A stretch of DNA of 64,000 nucleotides. It comes from a virus. Each line of letters starts with the position of its first letter. The stretch's first letter is position 1. Below the pieces are notes generated by a model. The model was not told where the DNA came from and ran no database searches. It saw only the letters and a program-made list of their open reading frames with translations. Below are positions 19,386 through 28,794 of this stretch, one piece after another. Location of the stretch: IMG/VR virus record IMGVR_UViG_3300017593_002054; one strand, given 5' to 3'. Made by a program: the position numbers and the translations under genes.

Positions 19386-19724
19386 ATGAAAGATATAACT
19401 CTCTCAAAATTGTTTGGAGACTGTCCCAATGTTAAAATATTAGAATGTTTTGCAGATAATTACAAAGAGGATTTGTCAATAGAGGATATAGTATACATGA
19501 GTGATGTGCCAAGAACTACCGTCTATAGAAAAATCAGAAGATTGTTAGAAGATGGAATAATCAAAAAAACAAACCATTATGGAAAAACGCAACTGTATGC
19601 ACTTAATATGGAAAATGAAATACCTAGGGTGCTCGTATATCTGGAAACAATACTTGCACAAAGGGAATTAGAAAAAACGATGATGAAAGAAGGTGCAGCA
19701 GTCAATAGAGAAGACGTTTTGTAG
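19386..19724 (+). CDS. Winged-helix transcription regulator
   Basis: LSIEDIVYMSDVPRTTVYRKIRRLLEDGII..GKTQLY. Confidence 0.85.
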   Translation: MKDITLSKLFGDCPNVKILECFADNYKEDLSIEDIVYMSDVPRTTVYRKIRRLLEDGIIKKTNHYGKTQLYALNMENEIPRVLVYLETILAQRELEKTMMKEGAAVNREDVL

Positions 19725-19923
19725 ATAACTTTATAAACTAATTTTGCATTATATTACCGAGAAGGTGGCAGGAGACCTGAAGTTTTTTTACGATCACCTT
19801 CAAACCCCCTCCTGCTACCTGCCTCCCCATGGTGTTATCATTGATGAAAATGCCACTGTGCTAATCTGTTATCAATGATAGAATCGTTATCTTTATATAT
19901 CATTAAAGTCGATTGACGATTGC

Positions 19924-20571
19924 ATGAACCGAACAACCACAATATTCGTAATAGCAATATTGGCTGGTGCTGCCGGGGCTGGCATAGTATGGGGATACTA
20001 TGAACTTCCCGGTGGAGCACTCGACCAGGCAGAACAACAGGCGTATAGCCAGGGATACAACGTTGGTACATCATCGGCAACACGATATGTGCCTCCGGCG
20101 AACATTGACTTCAGTATATCTCCGACAACTTTGAACTACACTGCTGCTGTAAACGCAAGTGACGATGTTGCAAGTGCGACATACGAAAATGCAACTATAA
20201 CCATAGAGAACAAAGAGGACACAGGCAGTGCAACAGTGAGAATAACACTGAAAGTAGCTAACGAAGACGATGGATTACCTGATGCCCTCGAAAAGGATGA
20301 GTTCCAGGTATACATACACAGCACAGAGGGCGACACATGGCTCTTTGGCAGCAGCGAGTCTGACGGAGAATACCACAGTGGTGGCTATCAGTTCACCATA
20401 CCTGCCAACACGGTAAAGACATTGACACTTGCAACCATGATGTCTGCGTGCAACGATGTGTTTGAGAACGGCAAGACATATGGCATAACAGTCTACCTGT
20501 ATCAGGTGGGCGCAGGCGTCAATGGAGCAGGAACGGTGATAGACTCTGAGAAGCTGACACTGACAACCTAA
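19924..20571 (+). CDS. Membrane-anchored Ig-like protein, candidate abundant structural protein
   Basis: N-terminal TM, beta-rich body, standalone gene followed by strong terminator. Confidence 0.55.
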   Translation: MNRTTTIFVIAILAGAAGAGIVWGYYELPGGALDQAEQQAYSQGYNVGTSSATRYVPPANIDFSISPTTLNYTAAVNASDDVASATYENATITIENKEDTGSATVRITLKVANEDDGLPDALEKDEFQVYIHSTEGDTWLFGSSESDGEYHSGGYQFTIPANTVKTLTLATMMSACNDVFENGKTYGITVYLYQVGAGVNGAGTVIDSEKLTLTT

Positions 20572-20582
20572 GACAGCCGGTC

Positions 20583-20618
20583 GAGGGAGTGGTACCAGCC
20601 ACTCTCTTCCCCTTTTTT
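20583..20618 (+). terminator. Hairpin + poly-T terminator
   Basis: GAGGGAGTGG/CCACTCTCTTC stem then TTTTTT, running into motif copy 4. Confidence 0.7.
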
Positions 20619-20638
20619 GTATCACACACATTTATAAA
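20617..20638 (+). promoter_or_regulatory. TGTATCAC-TATA motif copy 4
   Basis: TTGTATCACACACATTTATAAA; ATG at 20660. Confidence 0.85.
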
Positions 20639-20659
20639 GTCAATTGAGATTAATTTTCA

Positions 20660-22303
20660 ATGGATAAGAAAATCGTAATCGTGGCATTATCATTCTTAGT
20701 TATGTTTGCGCTTATTGCAACAGTGGTATTACCCATGATATTTGTAAAGACATATGACAGGGTTGACCGTGTTGCGCCTTCGGAGGGTTATGGGGATGTC
20801 AATGGCGATGGATTGGTGAGTGTTTACGCCTCAGCACCAGATTTGATATACATACACAACTATTACATTCAATACCCGGACTGGGATGTCAATGGCGATG
20901 GTCAGGTAAATGATGCGGACACGCAAGCCATAACAGCCGTATGGGATCAGATAGGTGCCCCCCACTGGATAAAAGAGGACATAAACTGGGATGGAAAAAT
21001 AAGCATACTTGATATTGCATTTATCGGTCAGCATTGGGGTGAGTCATATACCAACCCAAACTCACAGGACAGATTAGCCGTGATGAACATATCATTTTCG
21101 CAGTCAGAATTTGAAAGACGTGCCGATGTGGACGGCAACGGCATCATAAACAGTGTTGATGAGAATTATTTGATACAGTATGCCACTGGGGCGATAGATA
21201 AGTTCCCCGTGCAGAATGATACGGAATTAGTTGCTGGATTTTCTTACCCCTCTACAATAAGGGCTGGTGTATCAGCACAATTTACTGACACGTCTACTGG
21301 AACCATTGTCTCATGGTCATGGAACTTCGGTGACGGCACAACCAGCAGTGAGCAAAATCCAACTCATACATATGAAAGCGCTGGCACATATACTGTAACT
21401 CTTACTATATCAAATGGAATAACAAGCGATAGCGTATCCCACACAATAACTGTTTATGGCAATACCCCGCCGGTCGCAAAAATAACGCTTGATATAACCA
21501 ACCAGCTTGACTGTTATATAAACGAATCAAGAACATTTGATGCATCATCATCATACGACCCGGATGGCTATATAACAAAATATCATTGGGACTTCGGCGA
21601 TGGCATAACTACTGATACAACCGTGCCATCGGCAACCCATACATATACATCACTGCATGAGCCCTATGGTTACACACTCACATTGACCGTATATGACAAT
21701 GATGGCTTGTTCAATCAAGATGCAGCTCACGTTGTTATGCATAACACATCATACAACCCTCCGTCAGCATCATTTACATACCAGATTAGCGGACTGACAG
21801 TATCTTTCACCGATACATCCAAACCGTCTGGCACAAGAACGCTGACCGGTTGGAACTGGGATTTTGGCGATGGAACAGCAAGCAGTGAGCAAAATCCAAT
21901 TCACACCTACTCCGGCTATGGCACATATACTGTAACTCTGACTGTAACAGATAACCTTGGCGCAAGTAGCACATGTAGCAATGTTATCCAGCTTCAGGAG
22001 GGGTATTACAGTTTATCTGTTACAGTGGATGGAAAAGGAATAGTATCGCCCTCCAGTGGCTCCTATCCTTATGGTACTACGGTAACGGTAACTGCTATGC
22101 CTGCATCCGGCTGGAAATTCGACCACTGGTCAGGGGATGCATCAGGTACCGACCCGACAATAACTGTTACTATGGATGGCAACAAGGTAATCACTGCGCA
22201 TTTCGTCAAGACACGCATACCTGTGGTTGCCGTGATGCTACCGTTTGGACTGGCTGCTGTCGGTGCAGGATTATATTACAAGAAAAAAGGAGGATGGAAA
22301 TGA
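20660..22303 (+). CDS. Surface protein: dockerin-like + 3 PKD + InlB-B-repeat-like + TM
   Basis: GDVNGDG, DVNGDGQV, DINWDGKISILD, DVDGNG Ca-loops; W.(F)GDG x3; PASGWKFDHWSGD; TM + KKK. Confidence 0.85.
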   Translation: MDKKIVIVALSFLVMFALIATVVLPMIFVKTYDRVDRVAPSEGYGDVNGDGLVSVYASAPDLIYIHNYYIQYPDWDVNGDGQVNDADTQAITAVWDQIGAPHWIKEDINWDGKISILDIAFIGQHWGESYTNPNSQDRLAVMNISFSQSEFERRADVDGNGIINSVDENYLIQYATGAIDKFPVQNDTELVAGFSYPSTIRAGVSAQFTDTSTGTIVSWSWNFGDGTTSSEQNPTHTYESAGTYTVTLTISNGITSDSVSHTITVYGNTPPVAKITLDITNQLDCYINESRTFDASSSYDPDGYITKYHWDFGDGITTDTTVPSATHTYTSLHEPYGYTLTLTVYDNDGLFNQDAAHVVMHNTSYNPPSASFTYQISGLTVSFTDTSKPSGTRTLTGWNWDFGDGTASSEQNPIHTYSGYGTYTVTLTVTDNLGASSTCSNVIQLQEGYYSLSVTVDGKGIVSPSSGSYPYGTTVTVTAMPASGWKFDHWSGDASGTDPTITVTMDGNKVITAHFVKTRIPVVAVMLPFGLAAVGAGLYYKKKGGWK

Positions 22304-23856
22304 AGGATAAGACATTGATGGTAATTGCGGTCGCAGTTGTGCTATCAGTTGCAACCATAGTAGTGGCATCTAATACAGGTTTTCTACAGATAATGAGAGT
22401 CAGACCCCCTGTCAACACATATAACACGACAGCAACTCTCATAAGCCCTGGCATAGGTCAGTCAGTATCATTGCCCGTTGACGTCCAATTCAGTGTTTAT
22501 ACGGAAGCGCCCAATCCTTACTATGCCATATACTTTACATATGTTATTGATGGACAGACGCACAACTATATAAAGCCACATACGGCGTTGCCACAGGATG
22601 GCATCGTATCATATTCATTCAATCCAGCCGAGTTGTATGGAAGAGCTATATGGGTTGACTGGTATGTGTTGATGTACAACAATGATACCCGTATATGGAA
22701 TAATGAAGATGCACACTGGGCATTCAGTGTTAATGGCGGTAGTCCTCCGCCTCCTCCCAATTACATCACCCTGAATTACTATCTAACAAATATGTTTCCC
22801 TCAAGCTATGATGCTTCATCACTGCCAAGAGCGCCAGATTTTACCGGACCGGTTGGCTACTGGTACATTGATACTGATAATGAACATTTGATATACCGTT
22901 ATCCTGACGAAGTGGATGACGGCATATGGACAATTGATTTGAAGCCATCATATGACGGTGGTACAATATGGAAGAATAATGGGGCAGTCACAGAGATGCC
23001 ATATACAGTTGCCAATAAATCAATAGATATGCTATATGTGCCGTATCAGAATAAACTTCCAGTTGCATCATTCACTTTTACCCCTGAGAGCATTATTGCA
23101 GGTCAGCCTGTTTACTTTGACGGTTCGGCAAGTTATGACCCTGACGGCACAATAGTCGGCTGGAACTGGGACTTCGGCGATGGATATAAGATTTCTGGTC
23201 CAAATCATCCCACGGTGAACCATACATACTCCGAGGGAGGAACATACATCGTTACATTAGAAGTCGTGGACAACGTGGGCGGAACCGGTAGCACATCCAA
23301 GACAATAAGTGTTGAACACACCTATTTGCTGACAGTCGTTACAAGCGGAGACGGCTCCGTATCAGTATCTCCATACTCGCCTGATAACAAATATGTTGAA
23401 GGCACTGAAATAACACTGACAGCAACGCCTTCAGCCAACTGGGTATTCGACCATTGGGAAGGCGGAGTGAACGGAAGCCAGAATCCCACTTCATTCAAGA
23501 TAAGTGGAGATACGGTAGTCACTGCCTATTTCTCAGAGAAGCAACAGTATACCGTCACTGTGAGCGCAGAACCAACAGGCGGAGGAATAATTACGCTAAA
23601 GCCTTCGGGGGGCACATATGATGTGGGCAATAACATAGCGGTTACTGCTATTCCAAACAACGGCTACCGGTTCGACCATTGGTCTGGCGATGTTACAGGT
23701 ACGCAAAATCCAGTAGTTTTGACAATAGATGGAGACAAGACGATAGTTGCACACTTTGAAAAGACAAAGGGCAATCAGATGTATTTCCTGCCTTTCTTGC
23801 TTGCAATAGGACTGCTTGCAGTTGCATATGTTGTGTATAAGAAACAAAATGGATGA
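22294..23856 (+). CDS. Surface protein: PKD + 2 InlB-B-repeat-like domains + TM
   Basis: SYDPDGTIVGWNWDFGDG; WVFDHWEG and YRFDHWSGD; TM + KK. Confidence 0.85.
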   Translation: MEMKDKTLMVIAVAVVLSVATIVVASNTGFLQIMRVRPPVNTYNTTATLISPGIGQSVSLPVDVQFSVYTEAPNPYYAIYFTYVIDGQTHNYIKPHTALPQDGIVSYSFNPAELYGRAIWVDWYVLMYNNDTRIWNNEDAHWAFSVNGGSPPPPPNYITLNYYLTNMFPSSYDASSLPRAPDFTGPVGYWYIDTDNEHLIYRYPDEVDDGIWTIDLKPSYDGGTIWKNNGAVTEMPYTVANKSIDMLYVPYQNKLPVASFTFTPESIIAGQPVYFDGSASYDPDGTIVGWNWDFGDGYKISGPNHPTVNHTYSEGGTYIVTLEVVDNVGGTGSTSKTISVEHTYLLTVVTSGDGSVSVSPYSPDNKYVEGTEITLTATPSANWVFDHWEGGVNGSQNPTSFKISGDTVVTAYFSEKQQYTVTVSAEPTGGGIITLKPSGGTYDVGNNIAVTAIPNNGYRFDHWSGDVTGTQNPVVLTIDGDKTIVAHFEKTKGNQMYFLPFLLAIGLLAVAYVVYKKQNG

Positions 23857-24229
23857 ATACACCATTGATGATGCCATAAAAGTGGTTAATAGGATGAAGC
23901 ATTCAAAAATGAAGGCAGGTATTGTGGGCTCTATAATTAAATCTGGTTTTTCAGAACATGATATTGACATAACAGTTGTATGCGGTGTTTTACCTAAAGA
24001 TTTGATAGAGGATGAACTGTTTGATTACATATCTAAAGGTATTAGTGAATGCCAAACCAAGATAGAGCGAATTTTTAATGCCAAATTATATGAAACAGGT
24101 ACCGAACAGGGCTTTCCACAATACTTATTTGGGTATGTAAAAGTAGATGACAAGGTAATTCCAGTTGACTTCATCCCGATATTTGAGGGAGAGGAAGAGG
24201 AGGAAGAGGAATTTTTTAACTCGCCCTGA
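23850..24229 (+). CDS. Pol-beta-superfamily nucleotidyltransferase-like protein
   Basis: IVGSIIKSGFSEHDIDI (hGS..DhD) and distal PVDF; start chosen at 23850. Confidence 0.65.
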
Positions 24230-24243
24230 AAAGCGCATAAAAG

Positions 24244-24265
24244 ATGTATCACACACATTTATAAA
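24244..24265 (+). promoter_or_regulatory. TGTATCAC-TATA motif copy 5
   Basis: ATGTATCACACACATTTATAAA; TTG at 24284 / ATG at 24293. Confidence 0.8.
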
Positions 24266-24283
24266 CACTCTAAATATTATTCT

Positions 24284-25312
24284 TTGATAAAGATGAAATT
24301 AGGACTTGGCAGAAGCATACTTGTAGATATGTTTGTAGCTCATCCCATAATTATGGCTATACTGTTGATTGTATTGGGTGCGATTGCGCTGATATTCATA
24401 AAATACATTCTGGCAATCATCATGGTGGTATTCATACTTGCTGCCATAATCTTTGCAATAATCGGCATACGGAAAACAAATGCGCCCATATCAATTGAAT
24501 GGAAGGTCATACTCGTGGTGGGCATAACCGTTACGCTTGTGCTGGCTGCCTTCTCTGTGAATAAGATGGTGGGCATTGAATGGACAGGTGATGTGCCGGG
24601 GGATGGATGGTCGTGTTCTGTTACAAATGCGCATCCGGTTGATTGGGAAGATGCAACAGCGCCACCCGTGTTTACCGCCACCATAGATACCGACTGCCCC
24701 AATGCATATGTTTCGTTCGAGTATTCAACAGATATAGGATACTTTGTGTCGTCATCAGAGGCAGGGGGATATACATATGTGGGTGATGGCATTCATACCG
24801 TGACATACAGCCCTGCTGACCATGGTCATACCTCTGACGAGTTCACAACAGGCGCAGTATATAAATGGACAATTGTTGTGTGGAATTATGATAATGTTAC
24901 CGGTCGAGGTGCAGCCATATGGCAGAAAGACCAGTTGCCCGGCAGTTACAATGACTACTGGTATTACCGTATTGGAGAGGGGGGAAATGGCGGAACTACT
25001 CATGAATTGACTGTAACTTTAAGCCCGCCTGAAGGGGGAAATGTAACTCTGAACCCGGCTGGTGGTATATACGATGCAGGACAAAATGTAACTCTTGTCG
25101 CAATAGCTAACCCCGGCTGGAAATTCGACCACTGGGGCGGAGCTGTAATAGATACCCACTCAACAGTCACAATAACTATGCCTGCCCAAGATGTCAATAT
25201 CACTGCATATTTCGTGCGTGAAACATCATATATATGGTATCTGGCTGGTGGAATAATATCACTCGGACTTATCACAACTGGTGTATTGATATATAGGCGG
25301 AGGAGAAAATGA
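24284..25312 (+). CDS. Membrane protein with extracellular domain and InlB-B-repeat-like domain
   Basis: Three N-terminal hydrophobic helices, PGWKFDHWGG, C-terminal TM + RRRRK. Confidence 0.75.
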   Translation: MIKMKLGLGRSILVDMFVAHPIIMAILLIVLGAIALIFIKYILAIIMVVFILAAIIFAIIGIRKTNAPISIEWKVILVVGITVTLVLAAFSVNKMVGIEWTGDVPGDGWSCSVTNAHPVDWEDATAPPVFTATIDTDCPNAYVSFEYSTDIGYFVSSSEAGGYTYVGDGIHTVTYSPADHGHTSDEFTTGAVYKWTIVVWNYDNVTGRGAAIWQKDQLPGSYNDYWYYRIGEGGNGGTTHELTVTLSPPEGGNVTLNPAGGIYDAGQNVTLVAIANPGWKFDHWGGAVIDTHSTVTITMPAQDVNITAYFVRETSYIWYLAGGIISLGLITTGVLIYRRRRK

Positions 25313-27192
25313 ATATGGTTTACAGACCTTATGAGGAAGTATGGCATCCGGGAGACCCCAAAAAAGAGAAAATGATAATTGCTGTCGGCATAGTGACTGC
25401 CATCATGCTCACCATCATTGTTGCAGCAGGATGGGGATACATACTGGGTGTACTGTATGAGCCGGATACTGAAACGCATCCATATAATTACGACCCAGGC
25501 TTGCCGGGATTTACAAAATTCTCACTTACCGGATGGTATTATGATTCAACTGAAGGAAACAGCAACGAACTGTTGCAGCAGTCAAAATATATAAGTTGCT
25601 TCAAGTCTGGAGGTCACAGCGAGGAGATAACATTCGCCGGTAAATTGATAGGAAGTGGTATTCCAACCACAACACCGCCAGTTATAAACTGGTACAGGTA
25701 TACTGTTTATCTTGATGATAATGGAGATTGGAGTAATCCCGATTATACCAGCCCCGGTGACAACCCCGGAAAGATTTACTGGAAAAATACGGCAACAGGC
25801 ATGAACCCCGGTAAAGTCACATTAGACCAGCAAATATTGGATGGGGACAACTATATCCCATCATATAACATAGAGATTGAGGACCCGTACATCGGTTTCA
25901 TCAGGGTTAAACTCGAAGTGGATATAACGGGGCTTGGTTATCATGAAACCATGACCATATATGATGAGGCATCATTCCTTGACGGCTCAGGCAGTGTGGT
26001 AGTTCTGCCAAATCCTGCGACTGGCGGGTATGTATTTGAGGAGGGGGAACAGGTGACATTTCAGGTTTCTACCGGGTATAGCGGGCAGTCAGTAGGTCAG
26101 CCTGACAAAGGATGGGAATTGAGAATTGTTAAGCCAGACGGATCTAACTATACGGGTCAGGGGTACCCAAAGAGCATATCTGACAATCTTGACAATGCAA
26201 AGTTTTATTTCACCGTGCCGACAGGCGCATGGAATCCAAGCGGATATAATACTTGGAAAGTGGAGTTGTATAATACTATTATCAATCAGGGCAATGATGA
26301 GTTCTTCACGATAGATACGAGAGAAAAGGCACCAACAATGCAGGACATACAGATTTCTGATGTGAACCCACAGATGAACCAAGCGGTGACTGTTACATTG
26401 ATTGGAACGCCGAATGAAAATACAAACTCACAGATTAAGGAGTTTGAAGTAGATTTGTATTATGGATTGCCACATCAGGCAACATACTATATTTATGAGG
26501 ATACAAGATTTTCAGCCACAAACAACAGGGCAACATTCACATTCACACCATCACAGGCAGGACACATCACCATAGAGGCATTCTGTGTTGACTATGAAGG
26601 CAGGCAGAGCGAGGAAATGGTTAAGGGCATTGATGCATCAGGTGAGCCACCGGTAGGACTGGATTACGGACCGGGGCAGGTGTACAGATACCAATTGGAT
26701 GAGGATATAAGCTATCCGATATTCCCCGACTATAAGCCAGAACTTGTGAGGTATACATTTAGAGATGCTGGTGGTAAAACGATATATGTAATATCTCATA
26801 GCCCGACAAGGCAGAAAACAGGTCAGAGCGGAGGAAACCAGTACTGGCATGTGACAGACAGCGTGGCATTTGTCATCCCGGCATGGGCTAAGACAGGAAC
26901 ATGGACAATGGTAATCCAGATATGCGATAAGGATGCTTGGGTAATATCAGACCAGACATTGGCGACCAGAAGCGAATCATTCAATGTGATAAAGGGAAGC
27001 ATAGCCCAAAACCTGCTTGCACCGTTATACCTCCATAAACATCTGTTGTTATGGGATGTGAACTGGAAGTTGCCATGCCCGCTTGTATGGATAGGTATAG
27101 TCATAACAATTGTCGCTCTGGTGGGCATTGCATTCTATCAGAGAGAAAAGATATCTGCCGGCGTAAAGGAGTTGAAAAGGCGAAAATACTAA
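25309..27192 (+). CDS. Large membrane-anchored beta-rich surface protein
   Basis: N-terminal and C-terminal TM, multiple Ig-like segments, basic tail. Confidence 0.7.
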   Translation: MNMVYRPYEEVWHPGDPKKEKMIIAVGIVTAIMLTIIVAAGWGYILGVLYEPDTETHPYNYDPGLPGFTKFSLTGWYYDSTEGNSNELLQQSKYISCFKSGGHSEEITFAGKLIGSGIPTTTPPVINWYRYTVYLDDNGDWSNPDYTSPGDNPGKIYWKNTATGMNPGKVTLDQQILDGDNYIPSYNIEIEDPYIGFIRVKLEVDITGLGYHETMTIYDEASFLDGSGSVVVLPNPATGGYVFEEGEQVTFQVSTGYSGQSVGQPDKGWELRIVKPDGSNYTGQGYPKSISDNLDNAKFYFTVPTGAWNPSGYNTWKVELYNTIINQGNDEFFTIDTREKAPTMQDIQISDVNPQMNQAVTVTLIGTPNENTNSQIKEFEVDLYYGLPHQATYYIYEDTRFSATNNRATFTFTPSQAGHITIEAFCVDYEGRQSEEMVKGIDASGEPPVGLDYGPGQVYRYQLDEDISYPIFPDYKPELVRYTFRDAGGKTIYVISHSPTRQKTGQSGGNQYWHVTDSVAFVIPAWAKTGTWTMVIQICDKDAWVISDQTLATRSESFNVIKGSIAQNLLAPLYLHKHLLLWDVNWKLPCPLVWIGIVITIVALVGIAFYQREKISAGVKELKRRKY

Positions 27193-27425
27193 TCGGCTGC
27201 CTCAAAGTAGGGACAGTTATGTTCATGCTCTATTCCATGCTTGGCAGGATTGCAGTCATCAGGTATTTTTATCTTTATGCCCATTTTGGTAATTTGCTTG
27301 ACGTACACTTTTTCTTTCTCCGTGATACCGTCAGGCTTATCAAACACGCACCAGTAACCGTTCTTATCTCCGTTCCAGTGTAGGCAGTCTATACATTTTA
27401 CCATGAATAACAGAGATGAAGTCAT
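27189..27425 (-). CDS. Small Cys-rich protein
   Basis: CIDC..C..C..C; preceded by motif copy 6. Confidence 0.6.
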   Translation of the reverse strand: MTSSLLFMVKCIDCLHWNGDKNGYWCVFDKPDGITEKEKVYVKQITKMGIKIKIPDDCNPAKHGIEHEHNCPYFEAAD

Positions 27426-27443
27426 AATATAATGTTTTCTGTG

Positions 27444-27465
27444 TTTATATATGCAGGTGATACAA
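27444..27465 (-). promoter_or_regulatory. TGTATCAC-TATA motif copy 6 (variant)
   Basis: TTGTATCACCTGCATATATAAA; ATG at 27425. Confidence 0.65.
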
Positions 27466-27517
27466 TTAGTAATTATTATGAAATAGTAACCCTTATATAC
27501 CTCCTTTGCATTACAAT

Positions 27518-27670
27518 ATGGGTGATAAAATAGTAAAGAAGGTGACTATAAGCATTCCTGAAGCAATGCTGGAAGATGTGAATAAAGAGATAGAGCGAAA
27601 GAAGTTCTCATCGCTGTCTGAGTTCATCAGGCACACGATAAGGAGATACTTTGAAGAGGAGGAAAAATGA
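27518..27670 (+). CDS. Ribbon-helix-helix (CopG-like) regulator (not in ORF track)
   Basis: MGDKIVKKVTISIPEAMLEDVNKEIERKKFSSLSEFIRHTIRRYF; stop overlaps next ATG (ATGA). Confidence 0.85.
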   Translation: MGDKIVKKVTISIPEAMLEDVNKEIERKKFSSLSEFIRHTIRRYFEEEEK

Positions 27671-28791
27671 GAGCAACAGGAAGCAAAATGGAAAGAAATG
27701 AAGTGAAGCCATTGCAGTATCTTTGCAGGCATTATGTGGATGTGCAGCAGGTAAGAATAGGTCTGGAACACCGTATTAGAAGTGCAACTAATGAATATAT
27801 AATACGAAAGCTGGGAGAAACCCTCAACATGAACGCTGAACAGCTTGAAGCCAAAAAACTCATAGAAAAAATACCGATGACAGAAAAATACATGGTAACA
27901 GGCAAAGGTAAGAAGATGTTTGATGACATGCTTGAAAAACACATAATAACAAGGGATGCAAACGTGGAAGAATTGCTTGAGATGCTTGGGCAGTACAGAA
28001 AGAGGATGCATAAAGAAGAAAAAACAATAGTCAGTGAGGCTCAGCGCCTTCTCGGCGGAATGGCATTGTTTGAGTGGTGTGATGGCGTAAAAGGTCTTGC
28101 CACCATATCTGCAATGCAGTTTATTGGGTACATCGACATAGGTGTGCCGACCTCCGGGCATGCAAAATCCTATCTTGGGCTGGTTCCAGGCGCTGAGATG
28201 AAAAGCGGTGCCAAAACCAAAGTCAACTGGGAAGCAAAGGGAAAAGCATTTCTGTTTGCAAGGAATGTGATAATGAAAAAAGACCCATATTACACTGCTC
28301 TGTACCGAGCCAAGAAATATTACTATGCACATTACAGCAAATATGCACCAGCTCTTGAAGATCCCAGCAAGTGCCCGGAATACGAATCATGCAGGGGCAA
28401 ACTTGAAAAGGCAGCAAAAAGAATGAATAGGGAAACAAAGAAGATGCCATGCAAGATGCACATAGACGGCTTGGCTAAGAGATGGCTGGCAGGATTGCTG
28501 ATATCACATATGTGGGAAGTATGCCGGATGGAAAGGGGGGGGAAATATGTGCCGTACGGTGAGAATGCCAAGGGATGGGATATTCCTGTGCATAAGATGC
28601 ACATACCTCCAAAGCCCAAAGATGAGGAGGCACAGAAGGAGATACTGGAAATCGCCGTTCCACTGTTGCAGCATGGTATTGTTCCAACGGTAAATCTTGC
28701 CAACAAAAAGGAGAGAAAGGAAATACTTAAATACATCAAGGAGTTAAGAAACAAGAGCAATAGAATATTCCACAGAGATGAAGCCTGCTGA
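27667..28791 (+). CDS. Nop-domain / IS110-like protein lacking RuvC; TasA-like RNA-guided DNA-binding protein
   Basis: Begins at coiled coil (LQYLCRHYVDVQQVRIGLEHRI) with no DEDD domain; GVKGLATISA..SYLGLVP..KSG; DPYY..Y; H..AKRWLA; dual-repeat array starts 3 nt after the stop. Confidence 0.8.
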   Translation: MRATGSKMERNEVKPLQYLCRHYVDVQQVRIGLEHRIRSATNEYIIRKLGETLNMNAEQLEAKKLIEKIPMTEKYMVTGKGKKMFDDMLEKHIITRDANVEELLEMLGQYRKRMHKEEKTIVSEAQRLLGGMALFEWCDGVKGLATISAMQFIGYIDIGVPTSGHAKSYLGLVPGAEMKSGAKTKVNWEAKGKAFLFARNVIMKKDPYYTALYRAKKYYYAHYSKYAPALEDPSKCPEYESCRGKLEKAAKRMNRETKKMPCKMHIDGLAKRWLAGLLISHMWEVCRMERGGKYVPYGENAKGWDIPVHKMHIPPKPKDEEAQKEILEIAVPLLQHGIVPTVNLANKKERKEILKYIKELRNKSNRIFHRDEAC

Positions 28792-28794
28792 ATT

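Noticed and set aside
357-27192. Diversity-generating retroelement acting on surface proteins
   Set aside because: No reverse transcriptase and no TR/VR pair with adenine-specific differences were seen.
27667-28791. Active IS110 transposon
   Set aside because: There is no N-terminal DEDD RuvC domain and no element ends. The downstream dual-repeat array fits TIGR better than a bridge RNA.
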